From contig CM059432.1 in NCBI GenBank assembly GCA_030390025.1, forward strand, positions 29,018,001-29,082,000: a stretch of DNA of 64,000 nt, written 5' to 3'. Position 1 is the first letter of the stretch, and the number at the start of each line of letters is the position of its first letter. The notes under the pieces are model-generated. The model ran no database searches. It was given only the letters and a program-made list of their open reading frames with translations, and had not been told where the DNA came from. The position numbers and the translations under genes were made by a program. Source of the stretch: Squalus acanthias. Its lineage: Eukaryota. This document shows positions 26,448 through 38,149 of the stretch, piece after piece.

Positions 26448-29244
26448 CTTGGCAGGGGGGTGGGATATGGAGTGGAGCTATAGTAGGGGGTGATGCACAG
26501 CCAAATATAGAGGAAAAAACAAGTCAGCCTGGAAGGCAGAGCAAATATGTAACGGCACAAGGGAGTATGGCAAGGCTGGATGGCATTTATTTTACTGCAA
26601 GGAGTCTTGCGAGTAAGGCAGATGAATTGAAGGTGTTGATGAAGACATGGGAGTATGATATTGTTGCTATCACAGAGACATGGTTGAGGGAGGGGCAGGA
26701 CTGGCAGCTCAATATTCCGGGGTATAGAATCTTCAGGCGAGACAGAGGGGGGTGTAAAAGAGGAGGGGGTGTCGCAATATTAATCAAGGAGTCAATTACT
26801 GCTGTAAGGAGGGATGATATCTTAGCAGGTTCCTCTGATGAGGCCATATGGGTAGAACTTAAAAACAAAAAGGGGGCAAGCACTTTGCTGGGAGTGTACT
26901 ATAGGCCCCCAAACAGTCAGGGGGAGATAGAGGAACAGATATGTAGGCAAATCTCAGAGAAGTGTAGAAATAATAGGGTAATAATAGTAGGGGATTTCAA
27001 CTTCCCCAATATTAACTGGGATAGTCAGAGTGTGAAAGGCTTAGAGGGTGCGGAATTCTTAAAGTGCATCCAGGAGAGCTTTTTGAGCCAGCATGTAGAA
27101 AGTCCGACAAGAGAGGGGCAGTACTGGACCTAATTCTAGGGAATGTAGCTGGGCAAGTGGTAGATGTGTCAGTAGGAAAGGATTTTGGTGACAGTGACCA
27201 TAATTCGGTGAGATTAAGGTAGTCATGGAAAAGGACAAAGATGGACCGGAAATAAAGGTTCTAAATTGGGGGAAGGCCGATTTTAATATGATAAGGCAGG
27301 GTCTGGCCAAAATGGACTGGGATCAGCTACTTGTAAGAAAATTCACATCAGAGCAATGGGAGTCTTTCAGAAAGGAAATAGAGAGAGTTCATCAACATGT
27401 TCCCATAAAGGTCAAGGGTGGGACCAACAAGCCCAGGGAACCCTGGCTGTCAAGGAATATACAAGAATGGATTGGGAAAAAAAGGAGGCTTTTGGCAGAT
27501 ACAAAGGACTAAAAACAGTGGAAGTATAGAAAGTGCAGGGGGGGGTACTTAAAAAAGAAATTAGGAGAGCGAAGAGGGGGCATGAAAAAACACTGGCGGG
27601 CAAAATAAAGGAACATCCCAAGGTGTTTTATAAATATATTAAGGGCAAGGGGATAACCAGGGAAAGAGTAGGGCCCATTAGGGACCAAAGTGGCAATCTG
27701 TGTGTAGAGCCGGAAGATGTAGGTGAGGTTTTAAATGAATATTTTGCATCTGTGTTCACGATGGAGAAGGGTGATGTAGGCACAGAAATCAGGCAGGGGG
27801 ATTGTGATATACTTGAACAAATTAGTATTGAGAGGGAGGAGGTACTAGCGGTTTTAGCGGGCTTAAAAGTGGATAAATCCCCAGGCCCTGACGGGATGTA
27901 TCCCAGGCTCCTGTGTGAGGCAAGGGAAGAGATTGCAGGGGCTCTGACACAAATTTTCAGAACCTCTCTGGCCACAGGGGAGGTGCCAGAGGACTAGAGA
28001 ACAGGTAATGTAGTACCATTGTTCAAATAGGGATAAACCAGGGAATTACAGGCCAGTGAGCCTAACATCAGTGGTAGGGAAATTATTGGAAAAAATTCTG
28101 AGGGACAGAATTAGTCTCCACTTGGAGAGGCAGGGATTAATCAGGGATAGTCAGCATGGCTTTGTCAGGGGGAGATCATATCTGACCAATTTGATTGAAT
28201 TTTTTGAGGGGGTGACTAGGTGTTTGGATGAGGGTAGTGCAGTTGATTTAGTCTACATGGACTTCAGTAAGGCTTTTGACAAAGTCCCACATGGGAGACT
28301 GGTCAAGAAGGTAAAAGCACATGGGATCCAGGGCAATTTGGCACATTGGATCCAAAATTGGCTTAGTGGCAGGAGGTTGAAGGTTGTTTTTGTGACTGGA
28401 AGCCTGTGTCCAGTGGTGTACCGCAGGGAACGGTGCTGGGTCCTTTGCTGTTTGTAGTGTACATTAATGATTTAGATATGAATGTAGGAGGTATGATCAG
28501 TAAGTTCGCAGATGACACGAAAATTGGTGGGGTGGTAAATAGCGATGAGGGAAGCCTCAGGCTACAGGAAGATATAGACGGGATGGTTAGATGGGCAGAA
28601 CAGTGGCAAATGGAATTTAATCCTGAAAAGTGTGAGGTGATGCATTTTGGAAGGACTAACAAGGCAAGGGAATACACAATGAATGGTAGGATCCAAGGAA
28701 GGACAGAGGATCAGAGGGACCTTGGTGTGCATGTACATAGATCCCTGAAGGCAGCAGGACAGGTAGATAAGGTGGTTAAAAAGGCATATGGGATACTTGC
28801 CTTCATTAGCCGAGGCATAGAATATTAGAGCAGGGAGGTTATGATGGAGCTGTACAAAACGCTCGTTAGGCCGCAGCTGGAATACTGTGTGCAGTTCTGG
28901 TCACCACACCATAGGAGGGATGTGATTGCATTGGAGAGGGTGCAGAGGAGATTCACCAGGATGTTACCTGGGCTGGAGCGCTTCAGCTATGAAGAGAGAC
29001 TGGACAGGCTGGGGTTGTTTTCCTTAGAGCAAAGAAGGCTGAGGGGGGACCTGATTGAGGTGTACAAAATTATCAAGGGCATAGATAGGGTAGATAGAAA
29101 GGAACTTTTCCCCTTAGTAGAGGGGTCAATAACCAGGGGGCATAGTTTCAAGGTAAGGGGCAGGAGGTTTAGAGGGGATTTGAGGAAAAACTTTTTCACC
29201 CAGAGGGTGGTTGGAATCTGGAACTCACTGCCTGAAAGGGTGGT
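26438..29244 (+). pseudogene. CR1 ORF2: APE endonuclease and reverse transcriptase, several frameshifts and stops
   Basis: AITETWL, YYRPP, VGDFNFP, KSPGPDG, QHGF, DFSKAFD.VPH, GVPQG.VLGP, FADDTK. Confidence 0.93.
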
Positions 29245-29949
29245 AATGTGCTGTTAAACATTGAAATCTTTATTTTCAGCACTTTGCATTCTTGGATAGA
29301 TTTGTGTGCACCTTTGGAAGTGGCTTAGTGAGTTGCAGTGAATGGTGAGACATAACGGTACCCCCCACAATGGTGATGAGTGTGAAAGGAATGGCTTGGG
29401 CAGTGTAGGGATGCTTTATGGTGTTGGTGTGGGGTGGTGCCAACCTGATGCATCATGGGGCAGCCAGGGTGTACAGCGTCAAGTTAAGTAAATCTGGCTA
29501 TGGTGAGGCCATCCCTGGCGTTCTGATCAGCAATGTGGTCGGGTGCTGATGCCCTGTATCTTGTGCAGCATCAGCTGATTGTGGAGAAGGTTGGTGTTGT
29601 TGTTGGTGCTGCTGGTGTGCCTGGTGCTGCTGGTGTTGGGGCTGATCGTGGTGGGATTCTGAGGACCAAGGAGAGATTTTTTCAAGGGCACCGATGTTGA
29701 TGGAATAGATGGCAGGTGAGGTTGAGGTGACAGAAGTGATCTGTCAATGGTGAGAGAGGTTGTTCCAATGAGGTGACCCTGGATAGAGAGTTTGCTCCAA
29801 ACACTTGCAAGCTGCATAAAGCTCAATCTGTCTTCCAAATGCAGTAAGCAACAGCTTCTAACCTTGGAAAGTGAACACCTATGAAATGGAAACTTTTATA
29901 GACCATTTGCAGATGTCAAGTTAAGAAATCAGCCCATGCTGACACAACA

Positions 29950-30390
29950 TTTGGTTGACGCCCCATCCACCACCTTAAACATTCACTCCCTCCACCACCA
30001 GCGTACCATGGCTGCAGTATGTACCATCTACAAGATGCACTGCAGCAACTCGCCAAGGCTTCTTTGGCAGCACCTCCCAAACCCGCAACCTCTTCCACTT
30101 AGAAGGACAAGGGCAGCAGGCGCATGGGAACACCACCACCTCCAAGTTCCCCGCCAAGTCACACACCATCCTGACTTAGAAGTATATCGCCGATCCTTCA
30201 TCGTCGCTGGGTCAAAATCCTGGAACTCCCTACCTAACAGCACTGTGGGAGTACCTTCACCACACGGATGCAGCGGTTCAAGAAGGCGGCTCACCACCAC
30301 CTTCTCAAGGCAATTAGGGATGGGCAATAAATGCTGGCCTTGCCAGCGATGCCCACATCCCGTAGAAAAATAAACAAAACCAAAAAAACT
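29950..30390 (+). mobile_element. CR1-group LINE 3' fragment (second subfamily)
   Basis: LNIHSLHHQRT.AAVC.IYKMH and RSFIVAGSKSWNSLP; A-rich tail. Confidence 0.75.
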
Positions 30391-31856
30391 CCACCCGACC
30401 TCATTACCTGACGTGATCCCGGAGCAACGGGGAAGCCGTTGGCGAACTCTTAAAATCTAAAGGTGAGCTTAAAATACCATTTAAGTGCCTCTTAATAATC
30501 TCTCAATGATCTAAATTGCCTCCCCCACCACTTGGTGTCGGGTCTGTTCAGCGATGACAGACCTGACATCTGGGAGACTGGCATGGAGGCGGGTTGACAG
30601 CTGGTTCCCTACCCGCGGTCAAAAAACATTTTCCCAGCCGACCCGCCACCAAACACGCCTGCTGACCCCCTGAAAAATTCCCCCCCATGTCTCAGTAAGT
30701 TGTGTATATCTCAATTTGCTGACACTGATGGAGCTTAGTGTTCTGACTACAGCTTATCTACCAATGAGGCAACAGATATTTTCAAATCTTCAGGCCCCTG
30801 AGGTTCAAACAGGGCAAACCAGCAAATAAGAAACCTAAGTGCAAATAGGACTAAGTTGCCTGAGTTTTGAAGGCCGGCTTGCCAGGGCCCAGGGACTGTG
30901 CATGCAGCTCAGAGTGGCCAACCCTATCCAGTTAATGTAAGGTTATGTCAGTTATGTGTCTTGTAAGAAAATGGCAGGAGAAGGAATATTAAATGAGCCT
31001 GGGGAGATAGAGGAAACTGTAAGAGATGTATTGTTGTTGGTATCCTGTCTCTGAGACTATTCCAGTGGGACCTCAATACAAGAGTTGACTCCTGCTGGTA
31101 TACACTTCAGTAGGTGCTGGCAGTCCATATATATTTGGCCAAAGTGGCTATTCTTTATGGGGTAGAATTTCTGCAGGGATTCTCCCGATCTCCTGCTGTA
31201 ACTATGGTGGGAACCCTGGAGATATGGCATAAATGGCCACACAGCGGTTCCGTCGATCTTCTTCTAAGAACCCCCACCAAAATTCCAGCGACATTAGTGG
31301 GCTGAGGTGGTGGGGGGAATTTTGACCCTCAAAAACGGGTGGGCTTGGCCCCCCCACTCCGAACGCATACAGCAGTAAATTTTGGCTCCTATGCTTCCTC
31401 TGAGTGAGTGTTGACTGACTCATTGGCAGGGTGTGGCGTATAATTAAGTTTAAACTGTGCTAATCTTTTGTTCACACACATACAAACACACACATGCACA
31501 TTTTCAGGAGTGTCACTGGACACTGATCATGGATGAAATACTGACTGATTTCCTCTCTTCCTAGCTAAAGTGTATTGAAACCTCCCTCTGCTGAGCTGTC
31601 ATCTGGCTGAGTCTTCACCGTTCGGCCCGTCTACCCGCCTGACCGAATCCTGCTCCCAGTTAACATTCCCCCTGCGACCTCTAGGATGCTAGTTCAGTCC
31701 CGTAACATTCGGCTACCGCAGCCATACTTAATATTAAGGAGGTTATGCTAAAATACAAAATGAGGTTAAATTGCGGAGAAAATAAATCCTTTGTTAAATA
31801 TGAATCAGATAGTTAATGAAACAGGAGGACCACTGAAGGATGGCAAGGGTGATACT

Positions 31857-31990
31857 AGGATAGATTTTCAGCTTGCCGCCCAGATATAACACTGGGAAAT
31901 CCATGGAAATGAACATTGAGCAGCTTCTGTAACGGGTGGCTGATTGAAATGCCAGTTTCACACCCAGGCAGTAAGTTGAAGATCTACCCC
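31857..31990. mobile_element. Small Harbinger-type MITE
   Basis: About 24-bp imperfect TIRs (AGGATAGATTTTCAGCTTGCCGCC / GGCAGTAAGTTGAAGATCTACCCC), TSD ACT. Confidence 0.7.
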
Positions 31991-33539
31991 ACTATATAAA
32001 TTGATCAAAGTGTAGAATACATTCAAAATGACTTCTTTGGCCTGGATATTTACTGGGGCGGGTTACGTAGGCGGGGGTTGGAGTTTCAGGGAAACCTGGA
32101 ACCCCGCATGCTGTGGAGTTTTAACCCTGACAGGTTCCCTGCCCAGACGTCAGCCTGATTGACAGGCTTGGCTTCCAGTCGTGCTGGGAGCATTCCGGAG
32201 CAGGTCTGATGGGCGGGGGGGGGGGAGCTTGGGGGGCCGGGGGGAAGCACTCCTGCTCCTCCTGGCCCACAAGCAGTGCTGTAAAGGCACTTACCTTCTC
32301 CCCGAAGGTGTCCTCATCTTGCTTCAGCTGTCAGCTTTCCCAAGGCCTCTTCAGTACCTGGCTGAGTTTTCACTCATAAAATTTGCCTGAGGTTGGCAGA
32401 TCTGTGTGAATCACTTTAAGCCATCTCTTTAACAGTCTACAATACTTCAGAGCTCTTGTTCTTCCCTAATCCATTCTATTGACAATCCAACAGTTTATTA
32501 AAATTATTTTTTTCAACAGGCCACACTGACTTCATATGTACGTATAATGATGGACAATGGGGATGAACCGATTATATTTTGGGAGAAAACAAGGTGAAGG
32601 GTCACAGCTCGAATTCCAACGGTGAAGGGGTCAAGGAAACATTCAAGGCTGAAAGCAGCAAGGGAGAAGAAGAGGTTAATCAGGAACTAGTGAATAGGTG
32701 GCATCCAGCTTGGGTTTTAAACATTGGCAGATTAAAGGACGAAGGGAAAACTCAAAACTCATAAGCCTGTTCAATATGTTAAGGAGGAATATGGTTGCCT
32801 TAAAATAAAATAAAATCTCAAGGCTGACAACAAACAATGTAGGCTTGTGTGAAACTGAATTTTCCTTGGGTAATCACAGCAAACTGGGAAAAAAGTTAGC
32901 AAAATGAAAGACGCTGAGGTTAACTGTGAGAGGGGGTGGGGGGTTTGTTCCTCTTGCAATGATATGAGTGCTCAGCAGAATTACACACACAGGCCAAGGG
33001 CACGGCAAAGTGCCGCAGCTAGAAGTACTCAGCGAACCGACCCAGTGAAATTACCCCACAAGACCAGGAATCATGTCAGCATCCTCTTTAAAGTTTTAAT
33101 GGCCTATATACACTGTCAGAAACTGCCGACTCCTTGTCAGCACTTTACTGGGTCTGGCACTGAGGATCATAGTGTAAGTACAGAGACGGACAGGGATGTA
33201 GCAGAAACACTGCGTATCCCACTGTAAGCACAGGGTTTTACCAGAGTCACTGTGTCTCCCAGTGTAAGCGTGTTTGTGTGCAAAGGTCTGGTTCACTCAG
33301 TAGAGTTGGGGTCAGATCTTTGTTATGTTAGAGCGGTCAAGGGGCAGCGGGATATTGTCACAGAAGCCACTACTCCCGTAACACAGAGTGAAATATTACG
33401 TGGGTCAATAGCACTTCAGTTCAAATCATGTGCTAATGGGGTAGGAGCCTGCGGTATGTCACTGACCACCGTGACTTGCTTCCCCTCCCCCAGCTGTATC
33501 TGCTGACAGTCTGGAATAAGTCACGGGGCAGTAACATAT

Positions 33540-33627
33540 CTCATCCCATACCAGGCTGAAGTGAAAGCGATGTCGGCACGGTGGATCATGCCAACACTGC
33601 ATTCACTTCAGCCTGGTATGGGATGAG
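33540..33627. repeat. 88-nt near-perfect hairpin
   Basis: 26-bp perfect inverted repeat (33540-33565 / 33602-33627) with a further-pairing interior and a 4-nt loop. Confidence 0.9.
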
Positions 33628-33634
33628 GATTTCA

Positions 33635-33835
33635 ACTGCAAACTAACCGGAAGATGCTGAAAGTGCACAGCGGGTCCATCAGCGGTGAAAAGATAAAAGA
33701 CAGGTTAATGTGATAGGGTGCAGACCCTCCTTTGGAAACATCTGATAAAAGATCACACCTGAAATGTTAACCTGTCTTTTCTCTTTAAGTGCTGGCAGAT
33801 CCATTGTGCATTTTCTACTTTTGTCTCAGTTTAGT
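33635..33835. repeat. Palindromic Penelope-terminus-like repeat, degenerate
   Basis: Arms aaagacaggttaat / gttaacctgtcttt; decayed hammerhead-like core ctgataaa...gaaatgttaac. Confidence 0.5.
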
Positions 33836-33854
33836 CTCATGATTTAGAGAAAGT

Positions 33855-34595
33855 TCACATCCTGATGTCATAGTTGACCCTGAAATGAGCTTCCAACCAC
33901 ATATCCACAGCATAACAAAGACCGCCTACTCCCACCTCTGTAACATCGCCCGTCTCTGCCCTTGCCTCTGCTCATCTGCTGCTGAAACCCTCATCCATGC
34001 CTTTGTTACCTCTAGACTTGACTATTCCAATGCACTCCTGGCTGGCCTCCCACATTCCACCCTACGTAAACTTGAGGTCATCCAAAACTCGGCTGCCCGT
34101 GACCTAACTCGCACCAAGTCCCGTTCGCCCATCACCCCTGTGCTCGCTGACCTACATTGGCTCCCGGTTAAGCAGCGCCTCGATTTCAAAATTCTCATCT
34201 TTGTTTTCAAATCCCTCCATGGCCTCGCCCCTTCCTATCTCTGTAATCTCCTTCAGCCCCACAACCCCCCTGAGATATCTGCACTCCTCTAATTCTGCCC
34301 TCTTGAGGAGCCCTGATTTTAATCGCTCAACCTTTGGTGGCCGTGCCTTCTGTTGCCTAGGCCCTAAGCTCTGGAATTCTTTGCCTAAACCTGTCCGCCT
34401 CCCTATCTCACTTTCCTCCTTTAAGACGCTCCTTAAAACCCACCTCTTTGATCAAGCTTTTGGCCACCTGCCCTAATTTCTCCTTATGTGGATCGGTGTC
34501 AAATTTTTTGTCTTAAAATACTCCTGTGCAGCGCCTTGGGATGTTTTACTACGTTAAAGGAGCTATATAAATACAAGTTGTTGTTGTTGTTGTTG
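33855..34595 (+). mobile_element. L2-clade LINE 3' fragment
   Basis: AFVTSRLDYSNALL.GLP...IQNSAAR...ITPVL.DLHWLPV.QR.DFKIL; (ttg)n tail. Confidence 0.92.
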
Positions 34596-34786
34596 ATGGA
34601 GCAGATATTGGACTTACAGCAGGATCCTAGTACTAATACTACCCACAATTTGTTTGAATTTGGCTAAATTTCTAGAATCAGAATGCAAAGACTCAAGTTT
34701 CTACAAGGGAAGGTGCTCAGAATGATTAGATTTCATTTTACATTGAGGGTGACAATTGTGTGGAATAGATGTGTGGAAGCAGTGAA

Positions 34787-35250
34787 AGAAAAGAAAGACT
34801 TGCATTTACATAAGCCTTTCACAACCTCAGGATGTCCCAAAGCACTTTACAGCCAATTAAGTACCTTTTGGAAGTGCAGTTGCTATTATAATGTAGGAAA
34901 CGCAACAGCCAATTTGCACACAGCAAGGTCCCACAAACAGCAATGAGATGCATGACCAGATAATCTGCTTTAGTGAATGTTGACTGAGGGATAAATATTG
35001 GCCAGGACACTAGAGAGAACTCTCCTGCTCTTCAAATAGTGCCTATGGGATCTTTTACATCTACCTGAGAGGGCAGACAGGGCCTCAGTTTAATTTCTCA
35101 TCTGAAAGACGGCACCTTTGACAATGGAGCATTCCCTCAGTACTGCACTGGAGATGTAAGCCTAAGTTATGTGCTCTAGTCTCTGGACTGGCACTTGAAC
35201 CCACAACCTTCTGACTCAGAGGCGAGTGTGCTATCACTGAGCCACACCGA
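34787..35250 (-). mobile_element. Deu-domain tRNA SINE (SacSINE1-like), full length
   Basis: Head tggctcagtgatagc...gggttcaagtgcc (A/B boxes), Deu-like core, tctttt tail. Confidence 0.85.
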
Positions 35251-36967
35251 GGGAGGTAAGGCATTCCTGAGTTTTGAGCTCCTAGGATAGAATGAGTTGA
35301 GGTTGACAAAAGTGTAGTGATATCCCAATGGATAACATTTAAGCAACTCACAGTGCCCAATTGGGCATGACAGTCTCGCAGCTGCATTGTGGGGTATTTT
35401 GTGGTTGGATCCGCTCATAATTTAGCTTCGTTGTGGACACAGGAGTCCTTAAGGTGTTCTCTCAGTGCAGTATTACTTGTCTAATATAATAGACTGCTGG
35501 TGAACCCAGGAGGTTTAGAGCTGAGGCATCCAAATTTAAGAAACATCTTCTTAACTTGGTAAAATAGAAAAAAAAACTGCAGACTTATGTGCAACTGAAA
35601 TCCGCTTGGCTAAGCATGAAGGGAGCTGTAAAAATGAAAAAAAAAAACCAGATTAATTTAGCAAAAAAGAGAAGGAAACAAATTGAGGGCAGCTATGGGG
35701 GGCTGGTTGGAAAGGTTTTGAACTTTTATTTTTGGGTTGTAAGCTTAGAGAAATTAATCTATTTTATGCTGTTAGTACACAGCTGTGAATCTGTTTAATC
35801 AGCAGTATAAAACTGACAGACCAATACCAGAGCAGGTAGAAATACTCTCTGCTGTCTATTTGATGCAACTTTCCTTCCCCCCATCCCCCCCCCCGCCCGC
35901 CACGTACCTAAGCTTTGAGTTAGAGTTCGTTCTGTACGTAACCCTCTGAGTACTGGATGGTGGTTCTAGCTGTTAAAATGTGCAGCAGAATTTGAAGACT
36001 CGATCACAATTTCAAAGAGCGATCATTGTGGATTCCTAATTCTCTCTGCCTTTCTTTATTTATTGAGGATTCAAGGCGAAGGTCCAAGGTCCAAAGTGCA
36101 AGATGCCACCAAGGTTGAAAAGAATAAAAGAAAGAGACTTGCATATATATGTAAAGGAAATAGCCATATTCCAAGAGATACACCATCCTATGAACAGAAT
36201 TTTGACTTTATTAAAACATGACAAACTGGGGTTAAAAATCTAAAAGCCTCAACGACACAGGCTGCAAATCTGAGATAAGATGAAGTGTTAACACAAAAGT
36301 TGTAAACACCACACAAGCTTTGAAATGGGAAATGGTTGTAAATACTAAGACAATGGCCTCATTGAAACGGAGGGTTGTAGGTTCCAAGGAGTCTGCAGTT
36401 TGGAACCAACACAATAGCAATGCACAAGTTAAGTGTTATAAAATAACACTTCGAACTGGAATACAGAATATTAAAAAACCATGTGCCTTTGTAAAAGTAA
36501 CATCAAATGAAACAGGAAACACGATTATATATACAACCAATTGAAGAAGCTAAGAAATGCAAAGAACACCCTAGATGAAGTGTTTTTTAATTTACATGTT
36601 GTAAAATTTACCTACAGAAGACTTTGAAAATATTACATCAATAGATGACACCAAGCAATCACATTGTGTTTGTATTGAAAATGGAATAGTTAGGAGATAC
36701 GACGTCTGCTAACAAGCAGTTAAGCCAATATTAAGAACTGAATTGAAGACCTTCCCTAAGAATGGCATCAAAGAGATAAATCTGTTTTAGCCATTTTATG
36801 ATAAGTTTTTGAAACACCTAAAGGTAGAGACAGAAGTCTGAAAGTTAACAGCTAAATTGACAGTAAGAATAGAAAAAAGTCAACAGAAAGAATCACTAGA
36901 GATAATTAGCTTACATTAGCAGCAACGCCATGGGGGAAGGGAAACTCGGGGACCATCTCCCTGGAGG

Positions 36968-37840
36968 GTGAGTGCGTACACGAGTTCTGCTGCACAGGAC
37001 TTGGATGAGGACCTCGATATAGTGGCCATGAATACTCAGGCTCTGAGCATGCATACGGAGCTCATGGGTGCAATGGCAAGGGTGCCCGACAGCATGAATG
37101 CACTGGCTAGGAGCATGGAGGAGTCCGCTGCCAGCACAGCTGTCATCTGTGCGCAAACCCTCAAACCCATCTTTGCCTCGTTACAGAGGATGGTTGAATT
37201 GCAGGGAGACCGTGGGGACCCAGAGCCCATGCCGTGTGTAATAGGTCAGGTGGCAGCATCTATTGCAGCACAGGCCGAGGCAACGCAATGGCTTAGTGCT
37301 GCAATCGAGTCATTGGCTGGTGCCATTCAATCTCAGACTGCATTCATGCAGTCTCAGATTGATGTCACGCAAGCGCTGACTGCTGCCATCCTCGCTGGGT
37401 CTCCCACAGTCCACCAGGGATCTGACGGTGCCGCAGCAGGCCAGCAATCTGTGCTCGAGCAGATTGCTCCGGATGCTGAGGTTCTGCCCCAGGGGATTGG
37501 CAGTGTGTCGGTCAAGCAGGAAGGTGCTGTCCTCTCTCAGGATGACAGCATTCCTGCTCCCATCACTGCCATTCTGTCATTGCACTTGCCACTGCCTGCA
37601 ACGCAGCCAGCCCAGACTGCTGCCGCCCATGCAGAGTTGGTGCAGTCTGCATTCGGGGCCTCCAGGCCCAGAGCTAGTCGAGGGCGTCCTTCAAGGCCAT
37701 CTCCAGTCTCTGGATCCAGCATTCAGCAGCCTTCCGCCAGCCTTGCTGCAGCCACTGGGGCCACATTACAGAGGAGCAGTAGGGTGGGAAGGGGGGAAGT
37801 GCGCAGGGGATGGAGATCACCCTCGAAGGGCGAAAAGTAA
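36968..37840 (+). CDS. Open C-terminal exon of Harbinger partner protein (fragment)
   Basis: Homologous to 50327-51217 (MNTQA..MHTELMGA..RVP...LARS; QTAAAHAELVQSA; RRGxRSPSKG); Myb exons missing. Confidence 0.7.
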   Translation: MSAYTSSAAQDLDEDLDIVAMNTQALSMHTELMGAMARVPDSMNALARSMEESAASTAVICAQTLKPIFASLQRMVELQGDRGDPEPMPCVIGQVAASIAAQAEATQWLSAAIESLAGAIQSQTAFMQSQIDVTQALTAAILAGSPTVHQGSDGAAAGQQSVLEQIAPDAEVLPQGIGSVSVKQEGAVLSQDDSIPAPITAILSLHLPLPATQPAQTAAAHAELVQSAFGASRPRASRGRPSRPSPVSGSSIQQPSASLAAATGATLQRSSRVGRGEVRRGWRSPSKGEK

Positions 37841-38149
37841 AAATTATCCAACAAATGGGGGGAATGTTTGTGGCAAAGTTTGATGTTCATCTTAATATAT
37901 TGTTCACTCTATTGACGCTTTTCTCGATGTGGTAAGAATGAGTTTTGTTAGTTAATGAATTGTTGTGTTTGTTTGTAAATGGTTGTGCTGAATAATTAAG
38001 ATGCAGTTTGTCAGATAAATAAAATTTTTTATTGGAACTTTACAACTTTGCTCATTTGACTCATTGGAGCTTTGCCCGGCAATAGGGGCTGCGGGATGCT
38101 TGCGATGATGTGCTTGTTCGTCCCAGAAGCCGTCTTCTCCGTCATTCAT

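Larger units (their letters stand above)
25106..29244 (+). mobile_element. Near full-length CR1 LINE (5' UTR, ORF1, ORF2), 3' end missing
   Basis: 5' tandem units, ORF1 and APE-RT ORF2; sequence stops after WNSLPERVV without the 3' UTR or tail seen at 890-1070. Confidence 0.93.
24827..30685 (-). mobile_element. Decayed Harbinger derivative hosting nested CR1 insertions
   Basis: TSD CAT, imperfect TIRs, transposase remnant AVHPGCPHDA (cf. ARYPGSxHDA) on the minus strand near 29450-29480; ends homologous to 22720-23543. Confidence 0.6.

Noticed and set aside
25724..27133. Novel 469-aa esterase-endonuclease fusion gene
   Set aside because: It is CR1 ORF1 and ORF2 joined across a G16 run in a copy with other frameshifts; kept only as the frameshift-site hypothesis.
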